The notes under the pieces are model-generated. The model searched no databases, was not told the origin of the DNA, and was given only the letters and a program-made list of their open reading frames with translations. Positions 24,804-38,449 of a stretch of 64,000 nt of DNA are shown here, piece after piece. Position numbers and translations under genes: made by a program. The stretch is from Octopus sinensis. Taxonomy: Eukaryota. The stretch spans positions 124,001-188,000 of the forward strand of contig NC_043007.1 of NCBI RefSeq assembly GCF_006345805.1. The letters run 5' to 3'. Positions within the stretch are counted from its first letter, which is position 1, and each line of letters begins with the position of its first letter.

Positions 24804-24975
24804 TATCACCTTCGAAACGTAGAGTAGATGAAACCATAGCGCTGAAGAAGGGTTTTTTTCTTTGTGTTAATTGTCCTGTACTCCATTTTTTGTTGTTTAA
24901 AAAAAAATGTCCAGTTCCTTTGGTTTGTGTTTATGTTTTCGTTTCTCATTGTGTTCGACGTCCTTTTGGTGTCCT
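24804..24975 (+). mobile_element. 5'-truncated Penelope-like unit remnant in (TA)n
   Basis: Starts ccttcGAAAcgTAgag..agcgct followed by a T-rich tail, same layout as H-A/H-B. Confidence 0.4.
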
Positions 24976-25057
24976 GTATATGCGTGTATATGTACATGTA
25001 GAGGTAGGTACGTACATATATGTTTATATATATGCATGTGTTTATTTTATTTATTAA

Positions 25058-25091
<34 letters not shown>

Positions 25092-26431
25092 AAAAGACTT
25101 GCTTCACCGGTTTCATATTTGTTGATTTTCAAAAGCGTAGGTTACGAGAAATATGGAACTGTGTAGCAAATTCTAACTATTGTAGACTATGTCCTGGCAA
25201 TTGTTTGTTTTTATAGAGAAATGTGTCTCAGATTGCTATTTGTCAACGTACACATTGACCGGTTGAAGATGAACACGGAATATATCATAGGAACTTCGGT
25301 CAGTTTTCCGATATGGCCGTGTATTAGCATGTGACAGCCGAGCAGTAAGATCACTTCATTGATTTCGTCCTGTAGCTATTTTATATGATTGTCAGAACAA
25401 TACGAAAAGTGAAAATCACGTTCGAATTTCAGACTGTTTTAGCCTTTTCGTTTGGTCCAGTAGTTCCCTGACCCGCTGTTGTTTATTTATCTAAGATGTA
25501 GTAAATGTTTTGTGTTACGTATACTGTTTCACTCAACTATTCATTCTTCGTTACGTAATTGTGGCCAAAACGGTTGAAAGAAAAAAAACAGAAATGTTTC
25601 TTTTAAACTGTTTGGAGTACATAACTGTTACGAATAACAGTTGATGGCAAAGAATCCAAACTAGATCGAAAACATCTATAAATAAATAGAAGCGAGAGTG
25701 ATAAAGAAAGAAAGATGACAGAGATTGAAAGTGTGGATGTGCGCATGTGTCGGCGCGTGTGCGTGTATGTTAGATTAAACAAAGTCATACCCCAGACACA
25801 CGCACTTAAAAAACGTAATGTGAGTATGTGCGCCCGTATATAAGATTTAGGAGGTCATGTTCCAAATTTTGGCGTTATAGATACCTTTAGTACATAAAGT
25901 GGTAGAAACTGGAATTTTCCTCACATTCCAATTTCCCAATCAGGAATAAGATCACGCAGTTGTAATACGCAGATACATATACAGGTCTTTACGTGTTGAA
26001 CTGCCTAAAGGCATACATAAAAGGGCACCCCTATTGTAACATATATACTCGGAAAAATACCTAACTAGAATACAGGATCAGATAAGTTAAACCAGATTAC
26101 ACTTAGGGATGATGAGCTGCCAGAAAATGGATTACAGCTAGATTTCCTGTTATAAATGTCAACAAAAACTGAAAACAAATTCTTGAAGGTGGGGTTCTCC
26201 AGTTTAATCGCAGTTCAGCAACTAAATCCATTGAAAGTGTGATTTAAAGAATCTGTATGCTTAAAAAAACACATAAAGCAAATGTAGTCCTACATAAACA
26301 AAAGATATGGTCTGTTCGTTAGTGGAGTGTCTTTGAGCATCAATGATAAATTTAGTCAACTACAGAAATACCGAAGTTAAAAAACAGTATCACTTTATAA
26401 AACAATAGTTTAGTAATTTCTTCTAATATAA

Positions 26432-26733
26432 GTGAAGGCGCATGGTTTAGTGATTAGGGCATTCGACTCGCGATTGTAAGGTCCTGAGTTCAATTCCCAG
26501 CGACGCCTTGTGTTCTTGAGCAAGACACTTTATTTCACGTTGCTTCAGACCATTCAGCTGGCAAAAATGTGTTGCACAGCTATTTCAAAGGGCCAACCTT
26601 GTCACACTCTGTGTTACGCTGAATCTACCTGAGAACTACGTTAGGGGTACACGTGTCTGCGGATTGCTCAGCTACTTACACGTTAATTTCACGAGCAAGT
26701 TGTTCCGTTGATCGTATCAGCTGGGACCCTCGT
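26432..26733 (+). mobile_element. SINE group 3: head + body B + tail Y
   Basis: ttgtgttcttgagcaagacactttatttcac body; gctgaatctacctgagaactacgtta..ttcacgagcaagttgttccgttgatc tail. Confidence 0.85.
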
Positions 26734-27762
26734 GTAATTCTGTAATTCTGACATAAGATGTATTTGCCTCAAGCTCCTTGTTCTTGTGAATCACATCGAC
26801 TGAGAAAGGATTAATTTTTTGACCTTCCTCAAATGGCCTTACTGCCTATCTTCTGATCAATCTTGCACCTATTTTGTTAACCCTGTATTTGTAACAATCT
26901 AGATGTGATTCAAGACAGAGATCGGTATGCTGTGAATAAATTATCGACACAATTTATTGTTCTCATCAATCTTATATCTTAAAACCCTCTAACAAAACGA
27001 AAAGCAAACGTAATAAATAAAATAACAATTTGGACGACAGGAACGATGATGTGGAGAACAAGAACATAAACGGCATGACTGTTCGGTAAAAGGATGATAG
27101 TCGCAGAAGATAAAACTGCACAGAGATTTAAGACCAAATAATAATAATAATATCAAAAAATATAAAAGTAATATTAACGAGATACAATGAAAATATATCT
27201 ATATTGATCACATTAAAACTGAGTGAGTGTATTTTATATTGTATATTTTAATCTTATATACTTTATATCTTCACAAAATTCGTGTTATATAAATAATGAG
27301 CCTTCAACAAACTGTCAATTTCTACTCTTCATTTATGTAATACTTCCTAAATACACGTTTAATGCACATTCGTGTATGAGATCGGATCGATATTTAGATA
27401 AACTACTTCAATGCGTACAATAAATTTAGTGCAGTTTTCTGTGCTACTTGTGTTTGAGAATTTATCTAACACACAGCTGAATAGTAATACGGGAGCGCAT
27501 ATATTTAGACGCGTCAGCCATTGAAATGCATACAAAGACGAGAAATACACGCCATGATGTGAACGAGCACGTTCGAAGTTCATATGAAGAAAGAACTGTC
27601 TGTCTGCCTGTCTGCCTGTCTGCACCTCTCCCCTTTTACTCTTTTACTCTTTCTATCCCTGTCTCTCTCTGTATAGAGAGAGAGAGAAAGAGAAAGAGAG
27701 AAAGCGGGAGAGAAAGAGAGATAGAGACATATATGTATGTATATGATACATATAAATGATAG

Positions 27763-27942
27763 ATCGCTAGCCTCTACACATTCTATATTTTCTCTCCTTG
27801 TTTCTTTCTGTGTTCCTTTCTGTGGAAGAGCGTAGGCTCGAAACGTTAAAGACTTTTTCACTTCCCGAGCGTTATACTAATACATCTGTTTGTTTTGTAC
27901 CCCACCTGTCTTCGTCTTTTGTTTTTTTTCTGTGAATTCTCC
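27763..27942 (+). mobile_element. Family H-B unit with hammerhead-like motif at 27816-27851 (core CUGUGGA)
   Basis: cttt-CTGTGGA-a-GAGC gtag GCTC-GAAA-cg-TT-aaag; homologous to 58121-58296. Confidence 0.7.
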
Positions 27943-28944
27943 CTATATGTATGTATACGTAGATGTATGTACGCATGTGTCAGTGTGTGTGTGTATGTGT
28001 GTGCCTCCCTGTTTAAATGTTGGCATGGTCATGCAACCATATATACATATGTCAATGTGCAACATTTTTACCGAAGGCGCAGTAACTCTACTGCGTATGA
28101 TGGACCTCTGGTCTTTGTCAAGGCATCTCTATAACAGAAGGCAAACTCGCATATAAAACCCGTTGCTCTACCGAGCCGGATGTCATGCATTTTGCTTGTC
28201 TCTGGGCGTCTTGTTATTACTAGTGAAAGTGGCTGTGATGTTGTGCAGGTCACAATCCAGGGAAGACCCCTTGCAACCCTTGCATTGTGGACGCATGTGT
28301 CAGCGAAGGTTAGGCTCGTCTAAAACAAAATAAAAATAGACACCAATCATGTATGTTTACGTCTCCCTATCGTCAGCGTAAACGATTAACAGAATTATTA
28401 ATACATTTAAGATAAGGGCTGGGGGTCAATTTATTCGTTTAAACCTTCCATAGTAGTTCTCAACATGGCTGCAGTCCAATGACTGAAATAAGTAAAAGCG
28501 AGAAATCATGAACGATTTATATTTCGTAGACTCTCACGTCGATATCGATTGATGAACGTCCGGCGAATTGTATTCGACAGACACGGATGTCCTGACGCAA
28601 ATCTAATGTAGCAACAGCGTGACGCGTGTGTGACAAAGACAAGCTAAGTCTCGCGTGTGTCTTTTTGTTCTCACTTTTTCTCGCCCACCATTTTTTGCAG
28701 CATTCGCTTCTTTCTCCCCGTCTCACTAACCCAGTCAGTTCTTTGAATAGTTTGGCATTTTTGCTTCAGGTTCAATTCGGCTATATCTAGTTATCAGACA
28801 CAAACACACATATACACAAGCACACGCACGACGCACAGAACACACACACACACACACACGTACATTGTATACATATGTATGTATGTATATATATATGTCT
28901 GTGTATTTATACATACATAGACGTTACATATACATATATGTATA

Positions 28945-29232
28945 TATTCTTTTATTCTTATTCTTTTATTTTCTTCAGTCATTTGACTGCGACCATGCTG
29001 GAGCACCACCTTTAGTCGAGCAAATCGAGACCCCGGGACTTACTCATTGTAAGTCTAGTACTTATTCTAGCCGTCTCTTTTGCCGAACCGCTAAGTTACG
29101 GGGACGTAAATACATCAACTTTGGTCTACAAACGATGGTGGAAGTACGAACACAGACATACATACACACACACATGCACAAACACACACACACATACACA
29201 CACACACACACCACACACACACATACACACAT

Positions 29233-29263
<31 letters not shown>

Positions 29264-29416
29264 CGACGGACTTTTTTCAGTTTCCGTCTACCAAATCCAC
29301 TCACAAGGCTTTGGTCGGCCCGAGGCTACAGTAGAAGACACTTGCCTAAGGTACCACGGAACCCGGAACCATGTGGTTGGAAAACAAGCTTCTTACCACA
29401 CACCCTCACCTACGCC
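28945..29416 (-). mobile_element. SINE group 1 with expanded internal (CA)n
   Basis: Homologous to 1195-1620; internal tract about 29155-29262. Confidence 0.88.
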
Positions 29417-29614
29417 TATATATATATATATATGTTGTGTGTGTGTGTGTATGTGTGTATGCGCGTGTGTGCGTGTATGTAAATGCACTTCTATAGACGG
29501 CAAGTTTGACAGAATCGTTAAAGCGTCGAATATATTATTTCGCGGTAATTCTTGCTGTTCTCTGCTCCATTCAGAATCGATAATGTTCCTGTTCTGCACG
29601 GGAGTCAACTCTTC

Positions 29615-30075
<461 letters not shown>

Positions 30076-31877
30076 TTCTATACGTATTGACTGGCGCTTC
30101 TATACGTATTGACTCTTGAGCCACTACTGCGGAAGCTGGCGACTCTAAGGGGCATCCCGCGAGAATTGGGATGCGGGACGAGCGTGTCTGCATACGCGGA
30201 CGACGTCACCGTCATAGTGTCTAGCCACGAGCACATCGAGCTGGTCGGCGAGACACTGAAAAACTACGAAGCGGTGACAGGAGCGAAAATCAACCGGGAA
30301 AAGTCAGTGGGCTTGCGACTAGGCACCTGGAGAAGCAAGCCCATGCCGTCCACCAGCGCCTCCGTCGTGGGACGCTGGACCGACGGCCCGGTTGAGTTGC
30401 TCGGGGTCTGGTTTGGTCCGGACCTCCAAGTGGAGAAGAACTGGAACGAGATAACGAGTAGGGTGGTCACTCTCGCCCGGCAATGGGCCGAGAGGAAACT
30501 GTCCCTAAAAGGTCGAGCGGAGGTGGCGAACACGTACATCGCGTCCGTCATCTACTACCGCCTGACCGTCGTACCTTGTCCCGACCCTACTATCACCAAA
30601 CTACAACGCATCCTCTTTCGCTTCTTGTGGAAAGGATGCGTCCCGATGGTCAGGCGATCCATTTGCTGTCAACACCCGTTAAAAGGAGGGCTGGGCATGC
30701 CGTGGTTGATGATGCGCAGACACGCGCTGAGACTGCGACATCTCTGGCTCTATGTAGACGACGGTGAACAGGTGTGGTCGCCGTTTGTGAGGCACGCTTT
30801 CCCGCAGCTCGTCTCCATGACCGAACTGCAGTCGTGGATCAAAAAGAGGCCGAGGAAGGCGAATGGCACCGCGAGTGTCGCGTTGCTCTCAAGCAACTCT
30901 GCCGTCCTGGGTCGACCTTAAGTGACTTCAACACAACCAAAGCATTCTATAGGGGTTTAGTGGAGGGGAGGTACGACGACGAGCTCGGGGCGAACCTGGA
31001 CGTCGACGAGGAGTACCTGACCCGCCTGTTCGGGACGACTTTCGGGCCAGGGCCCATGGACAACTTCCAGAGATCCTGCCCTGGCAGTGCTACCGAGAAG
31101 CGCTACCCGTTCGGGATAAGCTCTACAGACACGGCTCGAGAAACACGGGGCCGACCTGCCCGAGATGCGGTCAGAGCGACGAAACCGTTCTGCACGCACT
31201 CGTTCAGTGTCCAACAATTTCCGACCTGTGGGCTTATGTCGAACAACTGCTGTCACGTGTGGGACGAGTCGGTTTATCAGCTGAGTCTATCGTCAATATT
31301 GTCACGCCTCCTTTCTTCAAACGGGAAGGAAGAGCTATTTTCATCATCCTTGTGGCTATGGCGAAAGAATGTATCTGGTGGACGCGTCTGAAAGGATTGG
31401 AGACAAACACTTTCCTCTCTGGTCAATCTCTCATCAACTTCTTCAAGTACCACTTGAAAAGGAAAGTGAGAGTAGAGAGCAAGTTTTGTCTAGCGAATGT
31501 TTTAAAAAAGATGGGTGAATGTAGCAAGAATGGCACGTATGAATGACGAAGCCACCTTGAGCATAGTCCTATGAACCCAGAAATCGAAAACAGAGAGTTG
31601 CTTATTTGCAAAAAAAAAAAAAAAAAAAAAAAGAAATATAAAATGTGACTTCATTGACCGAGGTTACCGTGGTCTTTTCCGCAGGCTTTCTTCTTTCACG
31701 GGTAAACCTCACCTGTCCTCCCCTTTACACTTCATATTGACATTTCTGTGATAACGATCCCTATTGATCATTTTTTTTTCCTCTCCCCCCTTTTTTTTTT
31801 TTTTTTTTTTTTACCCCCCCCTTATTTTTGTCCTCTTTCTCTCCTTTTACGATCCCTCTTGATCGAACCTCCCCCTT

Positions 31878-31916
<39 letters not shown>

Positions 31917-31986
31917 CCTTCAAAAGAAAAGCTCTACCTTGTAATTTGTTCTATCATGTGCAGCCCTGTGTGGCTAATAAAGAAAC
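30076..31986 (+). mobile_element. 5'-truncated L1/Tx1-clade LINE (RT C-half, thumb, CCHC knuckle, 3' UTR)
   Basis: LLYVLTLEPLL, AYADDVT, GAKINREKS, KLSLKGR, KGGLG motifs; CPRC..ETVLHALVQC at 31157-31213 in a shifted frame; several frameshifts; probable stop at 31572-31574; ends ctaataaagaaac. Confidence 0.92.
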
Positions 31987-31987
31987 A

Positions 31988-32023
<36 letters not shown>

Positions 32024-32049
32024 CATCTATCTATCTGTCTATCTATCTG

Positions 32050-32096
<47 letters not shown>

Positions 32097-32114
32097 GTCT
32101 ATCTATCTATCTAC

Positions 32115-32156
<42 letters not shown>

Positions 32157-32240
32157 GTCTGTCCTTTTGTCTGTCTGTCTGTCCTTGTGTCTGTCTGTCC
32201 TTCTGTCTGTCTGTCCATCTATCAGTCTGTCTCTCTGTAT
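31987..32240. repeat. (TCTA)n/(TCTG)n microsatellite, right flank of Tx1
   Basis: Direct. Confidence 0.95.
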
Positions 32241-33495
32241 TCTTGCTATATTTGTTGAAATAAATCGGCCGTGTTCAACCCTGAAGAGGGATCAGCTCTG
32301 CCAGACCATAAAAAATTCTCGAGGCACAATTTATACCACAGCAACGGCTCTACGCGTCAATGCACGAGTCGATGTCCGAGGAGAAAACACGGCAATACTT
32401 TTCTGTAAGACGTAAAAGAAACCAATGCTGCAGGAAAGAGAACTCGCTTTCGTGGCCTAATGAGCTGTAATGATTCGGAATCATGCACTCCTTTATTACC
32501 GTATGCCATCATTGATTTGTTTCCACCAGCCACTGCATTTGAATTAGGCAGCTTTATATTCAATGTAATTTGATATCATTTATTCAAATCTATCGATTAG
32601 TTAAGTAGGATTTGAAAGAAAACAAATTCCTACTCCATTTGCGAAATATTTATTATAACAGCACCTACCTGTTTTCGAGTTATCAATGCACAATTTGCCG
32701 AGCGACCTCCTTTAATAATTCATTCTCGTTATTTCAAAAATAGTTCCTTGAAATAATGACATGTAGCTTCGTTTATGCTAAACCTTCGCCCCTGCTTTGT
32801 GCTAACAACCAGGAAATATGTATAGGAAAACATTTCGATGCTTTTCTTTTGTTTTGCGCAGCTGAGATGAACGCAGCATAAATCTAAAATTCGTCAGGTA
32901 GCTATGGCGGCGAGAGGAGAGCAAGTTAATGGTAGGAGTGGACCGTAGCATATAAATCTAGAGAATCCACTTTCAATGATTTGAGTTAAGTTAGATCCAA
33001 TGTCCTTGTATAAGTTAGCCTAAAAGTTCTCAGAACCATTGATAATCAGTTGATTTCGTTTGTTAAGTGGTTATGTAAAATTTGAGGCATTTCACTCCAA
33101 TGAAGGTATATCGTGAGATACTGAAACAATCAACTATGAGTACATCGCGTCCTATAACAGAAACGGCTGTAAGTAAATAAAGTTCATGTCATTATTTCTT
33201 ATTGTCTTGAGTTTAAATACTTATAGGCACTCACACACAGACACACATACACACATCCACAAACACATGCATATATACAAATAGAAACACACGCACACGC
33301 AACACATACACGCAAGCGTATACACATACATACACACATATGTATATATATCTTTAATTTGTTTAAGCTTTGAAGCTACTTTTCTTTATTAAGTTGTCAC
33401 AATTTTCACAGTGTCCGACGATCGAGAGCGTGAAATTCTGAGCAAATGTCGAGTATTAATTTTGCAGATTTAATAAATAGTATATTACTCTCCAT

Positions 33496-33796
33496 GTGGA
33501 GGCACATGTCCTAGTGGTTAGAACAGCGGACTCGCAGTCGAGGGATCGCGGGTTCGAATCTCACACCGGGCGATGTGTGTGTTTATGAGCGAATCACCTA
33601 AGCTCCACATGGCTCCGGCAGAAGGTAATGGCGAACTTCTGCTGACTCTTTTGCCACAACGTTCTCTCATTCTTTCCTCCTGCATCTTGCAGCTCACCTG
33701 CGACGGAACGGCGTCCCGTCCAGGTGGGGAACCTATACGCCAATGAAACCGGGAAACCGACCCTATGAGCCAGGCATGGCTCGAGAAGGACCAAAC
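33496..33796 (+). mobile_element. SINE group 3: head + body A variant + tail X variant
   Basis: gtggaggcacatgtcctagtgg head, gggttcgaatc B box, ctgcgacggaacggcgtcccgtccagg tail. Confidence 0.85.
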
Positions 33797-33915
33797 TCTC
33801 CATTTGGTATTCGTATACTTTTTTCCACCCTGTTTTGTACTTATGTTCTCACGTGTGTGTAAATATATACATACATATATATATATATATATATATCTAT
33901 ATATAATATATATAT

Positions 33916-33961
<46 letters not shown>

Positions 33962-34136
33962 ATATATCAACGTATACATATATATATATATATATATACA
34001 TACATACATACACACATACACACAAAATCTCTCAACATGTTGCTCCGCAGTCATGTGATTGAAACAAGAGTAAAGGACTAAAAGAAGATATATATGCATT
34101 CATATATACATATACATATATTCATATATATATACA

Positions 34137-34167
<31 letters not shown>

Positions 34168-34254
34168 GCATCTATATCAGTCTATCTATCTATCTGTCTA
34201 TCTATCTATATATATATATATATACATGCATATATACATATACATATATACATG

Positions 34255-34286
<32 letters not shown>

Positions 34287-34292
34287 ATATAG

Positions 34293-34323
<31 letters not shown>

Positions 34324-34338
34324 ATACATGTATGTATG

Positions 34339-34384
<46 letters not shown>

Positions 34385-35168
34385 TCTAAATATATATATA
34401 TATATATACATACATTTATACATATACATATATACATATATACATGTATATTATATATATATATATATATATATGCATAAATATGCACAGGCACACACAC
34501 TTACACACACACATATATATGTATATGTGTATGTATCAATATATGTGTGCAGGTAGAATGTCCAATGTAATTTGTACATATGTAAGCGTCTGCCCGCGCG
34601 TGTTCGCATATATCTTTGCTCGTGGGTGTGATAATGCATATGTTTTAGTAATGCGTATCGTTATCATTGTTTTTAATCAAATATGTGTGACATTTGATAT
34701 CATCCCTTCCCGCTCCATTGTCACACAGTCCTGTAGTTCTGCAATTTCTTTTTTCTCTTTCCTTCTGAATTCCATTGTCTCCAACGAAACTGTCTCCGTA
34801 CGTTTACAGAATGTCAAATATCAGACATTTATGATAATGGTAATACAAATGAAAGAAATATAATGCATATTAATAGCAGCGATAGTCACGAAAGCTTACA
34901 CGTACATTTCTATAGCTTATACTTTTTTCATTCCATTTCATTTTGCACACGTTTTTGTCTAGTTGGTTCAGCGTATGTCCTCTGTTTTTGGTTTCGAAGC
35001 TTAGCACAGAGTCAGCAATTTTGGGGCCAGGGAGTGAGTCGTTTACATCAACTCCAGTATTCAATTGGCGCTTATTTTGGGGACCTGTAAAGGCTGAAAT
35101 GCAGAGTCAGTCTCAGAGCGTTAGGATGGATGAGATGCTAATCATTTTGCCCGGTGTGCTATCGATTC

Positions 35169-35759
35169 TTATTTCTTTATTGCCCACAAGGGGCTAAACA
35201 TAGAGGAGACAAACGAGGACCGACAAAGAGATTAAGTCGATTACATTAACCCCAGTGCGTAACTGGTGCTCAATTTATCGGCTCCGAAAGGATGAAAGGC
35301 AAAGTCGACCTCGGCAGAATTTGAACTCAGAACGTAGCGGCAGACGAAATACCTATTTCTTTACTACCCACATGGGGACAAACAAAGACAGACAAACAGA
35401 TTAAGTCGATTATATTGACCCCATTGTGTAACTGGTACTTAATTTATCCACCCCGAAAGGTTGAAAGGTAAAGTCGACCTCGGCGGAATTTGAACTCAGA
35501 ACGTTAACAGCAGATGAAATACCTATTTTTTTTACTACCCACAAGGGGCTAAACATAAAGGGAACAAACAAGGACAGACAAAGGGATTAAGTCGATTATA
35601 TCGACCCCAGTGCGTAACTGATACTTAATTTATTGATCTCGAAAGGATGAAAGGCAAAGTCGACATCGGCGGAATTTGAACTCAGAACGTAACGGCAGAC
35701 GAAATACCGGTAAGCATTTCGCCCGGCGTGCTAACGTTTCTGTCACCTCACCGCCTTAT
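35169..35759 (-). mobile_element. SINE group 2 trimer (one head, three subunits)
   Basis: Junction gaaatacc|tattt at about 35352 and 35523; followed by an older SINE fragment to about 35980. Confidence 0.9.
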
Positions 35760-36122
35760 TCAGTATTAATAATCCTTTCTACTAAAGGCACAGGACCTGA
35801 AATTTTGGCGGGGAGGGCACTTGTCTGTTACATCGACCGCAATGATTCACTGGTGCTTAATTTACTGACCTCGAAAGAATGAGTGGCAAAGTCCACCTCG
35901 GCAGAATTTCAATTCAGAAAGTAAAGACAGACCGTTAAGTATTTTCTCCGGTGTGCTAACGACTCTGGCACCTCGTCGCTGCATTTTCTGGGATTTGCTG
36001 CAGATGTTTCTGCAATTGTTTTCTTGGATGGGAACCCCTTAAAACAGTTTGGTTACCAGATGTGTCACTACTTTGTTTAATATGCCAGTGTCTTGGTATT
36101 TGTCTTTATACCATCATATGGA

Positions 36123-36510
36123 TGGATGGAAGCACTCCGTCGGTTACGACGACGAGGGTTCCGGTTGATCCGAATCAACGGAACAGCCTGCTCGTGAAAT
36201 TAACGTGTAAGTGGCTGAGCACTCCACAGACACGTGCACTCTTAACGTAGTTCTCGGGGATATTCAGCGTGACACAGAGAGTGACAAGGCCGGCCCCTTG
36301 AAATACAGGTACAAAAGAAACAGGAAGTAAGAGTGAGAGAAAGTTGTGGTGAAAGAGTACAGCAGGGATCACCACCATCCCTGCAGGAGCCTCGTGGAGC
36401 TTTAGGTGTTTTCGCTCAATAAACACTCACAACGCCCGGTCTGGGAATCGAAACCGCGATCCTATGACCGCGAATCCGCTGCCCTAAACACTGGGCCATT
36501 GCGCCTCCAC
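36123..36510 (-). mobile_element. SINE group 3: head + body A + tail Y, 14-bp TSD
   Basis: TSD taccatcatatgga at 36109-36122 and 36511-36524. Confidence 0.93.
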
Positions 36511-36947
36511 TACCATCATATGGACACAACTAACTTCAGTATCGGATCTTCAGTTCATCCTTGAAGAATGCATATATCCCTCTCAGATCGAGAACCATGG
36601 CATGTTAATATTCTTCTTGCAAGTTTTCGATCAGATGTCAGGGAAGGCATGGAGAGTCCCCGTTGACAGAATCCTATCACACTTCTCTGTCTCACTGGGT
36701 TGTATCGTTAGCAAAAAATTCCTTAATGGTCGGGGGATTTTATGGGCCGTGTATGCAGAGCTGTGTTTGGTTCTAGTTTGTTTCATTCGTAAAATGACCC
36801 AACCCCTTTAATTTTGCTCAGGTTGCTTTCAATTTTGGAGTATCGATGCAACTCTGAATTTTGATTACAAACAATCAATTACTTTATCTCGTACATTAAA
36901 GAATCTGATGTTATTTGGAATTAAAGTTGGCAAATTTGGGTAATTTT

Positions 36948-36995
36948 AGCCAATCAGCTGACAGCGAGGCATTAACAGCTTGTTACCATGGCAAC
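36948..36995 (+). promoter_or_regulatory. NF-Y CCAAT box plus consensus RFX X-box
   Basis: AGCCAATCAG at 36948-36957; GTTACCATGGCAAC at 36982-36995, in non-repetitive DNA. Confidence 0.6.
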
Positions 36996-37168
36996 TGCAC
37001 GTTGTATTGTGCTTCACTTCACCCGTATGTTGTGTTGATTCTTCACACCACGAGATTTACTTCATCCGCGTGTTTTGTTTACATAAAAGTTTATATTTAT
37101 CAATTAGAATTTTATTATAGATATTTTTCGCCAATTGTCTTAATATTTTACATATTTTTCATTTATAG

Positions 37169-37213
37169 CGAAAGTTGTTTGCGATGTTTATACAGTTTCT
37201 TGGCATTATGAAG
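37169..37213 (+). CDS. Candidate exon (..MFIQFLGIMK), phase 0 end
   Basis: Acceptor tttttcatttatag, donor AAG|GTGAAT, open frame. Confidence 0.3.
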
Positions 37214-37674
37214 GTGAATGGAATATGTGAACTGGGTACACAACCGCACACCTACACTTCAAGAACAGTACTGACAAAGCATCGGTGACTCCTCGACTCA
37301 GCATTGCCCAGCTTCAGGGACTCATTGACTCAGATAGCTGGATTTATGATTTTACTAGCTTAATTCTATTCATAAACGTTTAGATTGGGAGTTTTCTTAA
37401 ACCGTTTGCTTCACAATTCAACAAGTCAAATTAAATTTAGCCCACGTAACTGGAACTGAGAGGGATATCGTGGAACAGAGAAACTGTGGGTGGTACTGAT
37501 AATATGGCACTAGTTTTGAATTCTGCATGCAAAAACATACAAGATACAGGTATTATTTTTCTTGGGACAAATTCTTTGTTGACCAGTGTTCTTCTTATCA
37601 TAGTTTACAAATACAAAATACAAAAGAATATACATACATTCATACATACACACACTCACACACACACTCACTCA

Positions 37675-37759
<85 letters not shown>

Positions 37760-37921
37760 GTACATATTCTAGACTACCCATGAACCATTAGGTCACCGGA
37801 AAACTCCGAGTTTCCTACCAAGGGAGTTGTTTCGGGAGTTCTATTTTCTTTTCCAGGTTATTTCGCATGCATTCAACGAATGTGACATCAAAATCACGCG
37901 AAAATATTTCCTTTCTCCCAG

Positions 37922-37973
37922 AAAAGGAAAGATGTGGCTGCTATTTCTTGCACGTACTGCTACCACGTAACAG
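37922..37973 (+). CDS. Candidate exon (KRKDVAAISCTYCYHVT), phase 0 to 1
   Basis: Acceptor tttcctttctcccag, donor CAG|GTATTT; an alternative acceptor at 37856 gives a 117-nt form. Confidence 0.4.
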
Positions 37974-38449
37974 GTATTTCGAGTCCTTTATCGCAAACAG
38001 CTGTTACGTGGCAACAGGGCGTGCTATAAATAGCAGACAAATCTTTGGTGGTGATATACGTTGAGGGCTCTTGAAAAGAACCCTAAAGAAAAATTTCTAT
38101 TTCATACCGAGATTACGAACGGGTCTTTCATGAAATATTTACCGTATTTATAAAGTAATTTTCACTTAAAATTTTTTTTATATGCTTAAAAAAATTTTAA
38201 ATGATATTCACTTGAAAATAATTTTTAAAAACGTACAAATATTTGTTTAAAGAAAGCTAAAACGTAAATACATACTGTACAAGCAACTTATAACTTTGAA
38301 ATCGCATTCACTTAAAAATATTTCTGAATGTTAAAAATATTGTGTTAAAAAATGTGAAAATAGAAACATTTACTGAAAAAATACAAAACGTATTTTTTGT
38401 TGTCAAGTCACTGTGTCTCATCGAAAGATAAGAATTTCTTCTCTTTCAG

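Noticed and set aside
33093-33130. ccaatga-a-ggtat..atact-gaaa as a hammerhead
   Set aside because: Core has two changes and no palindrome/UH follows; similarly weak relics at 13284, 43510 and 56651-56701 were not counted
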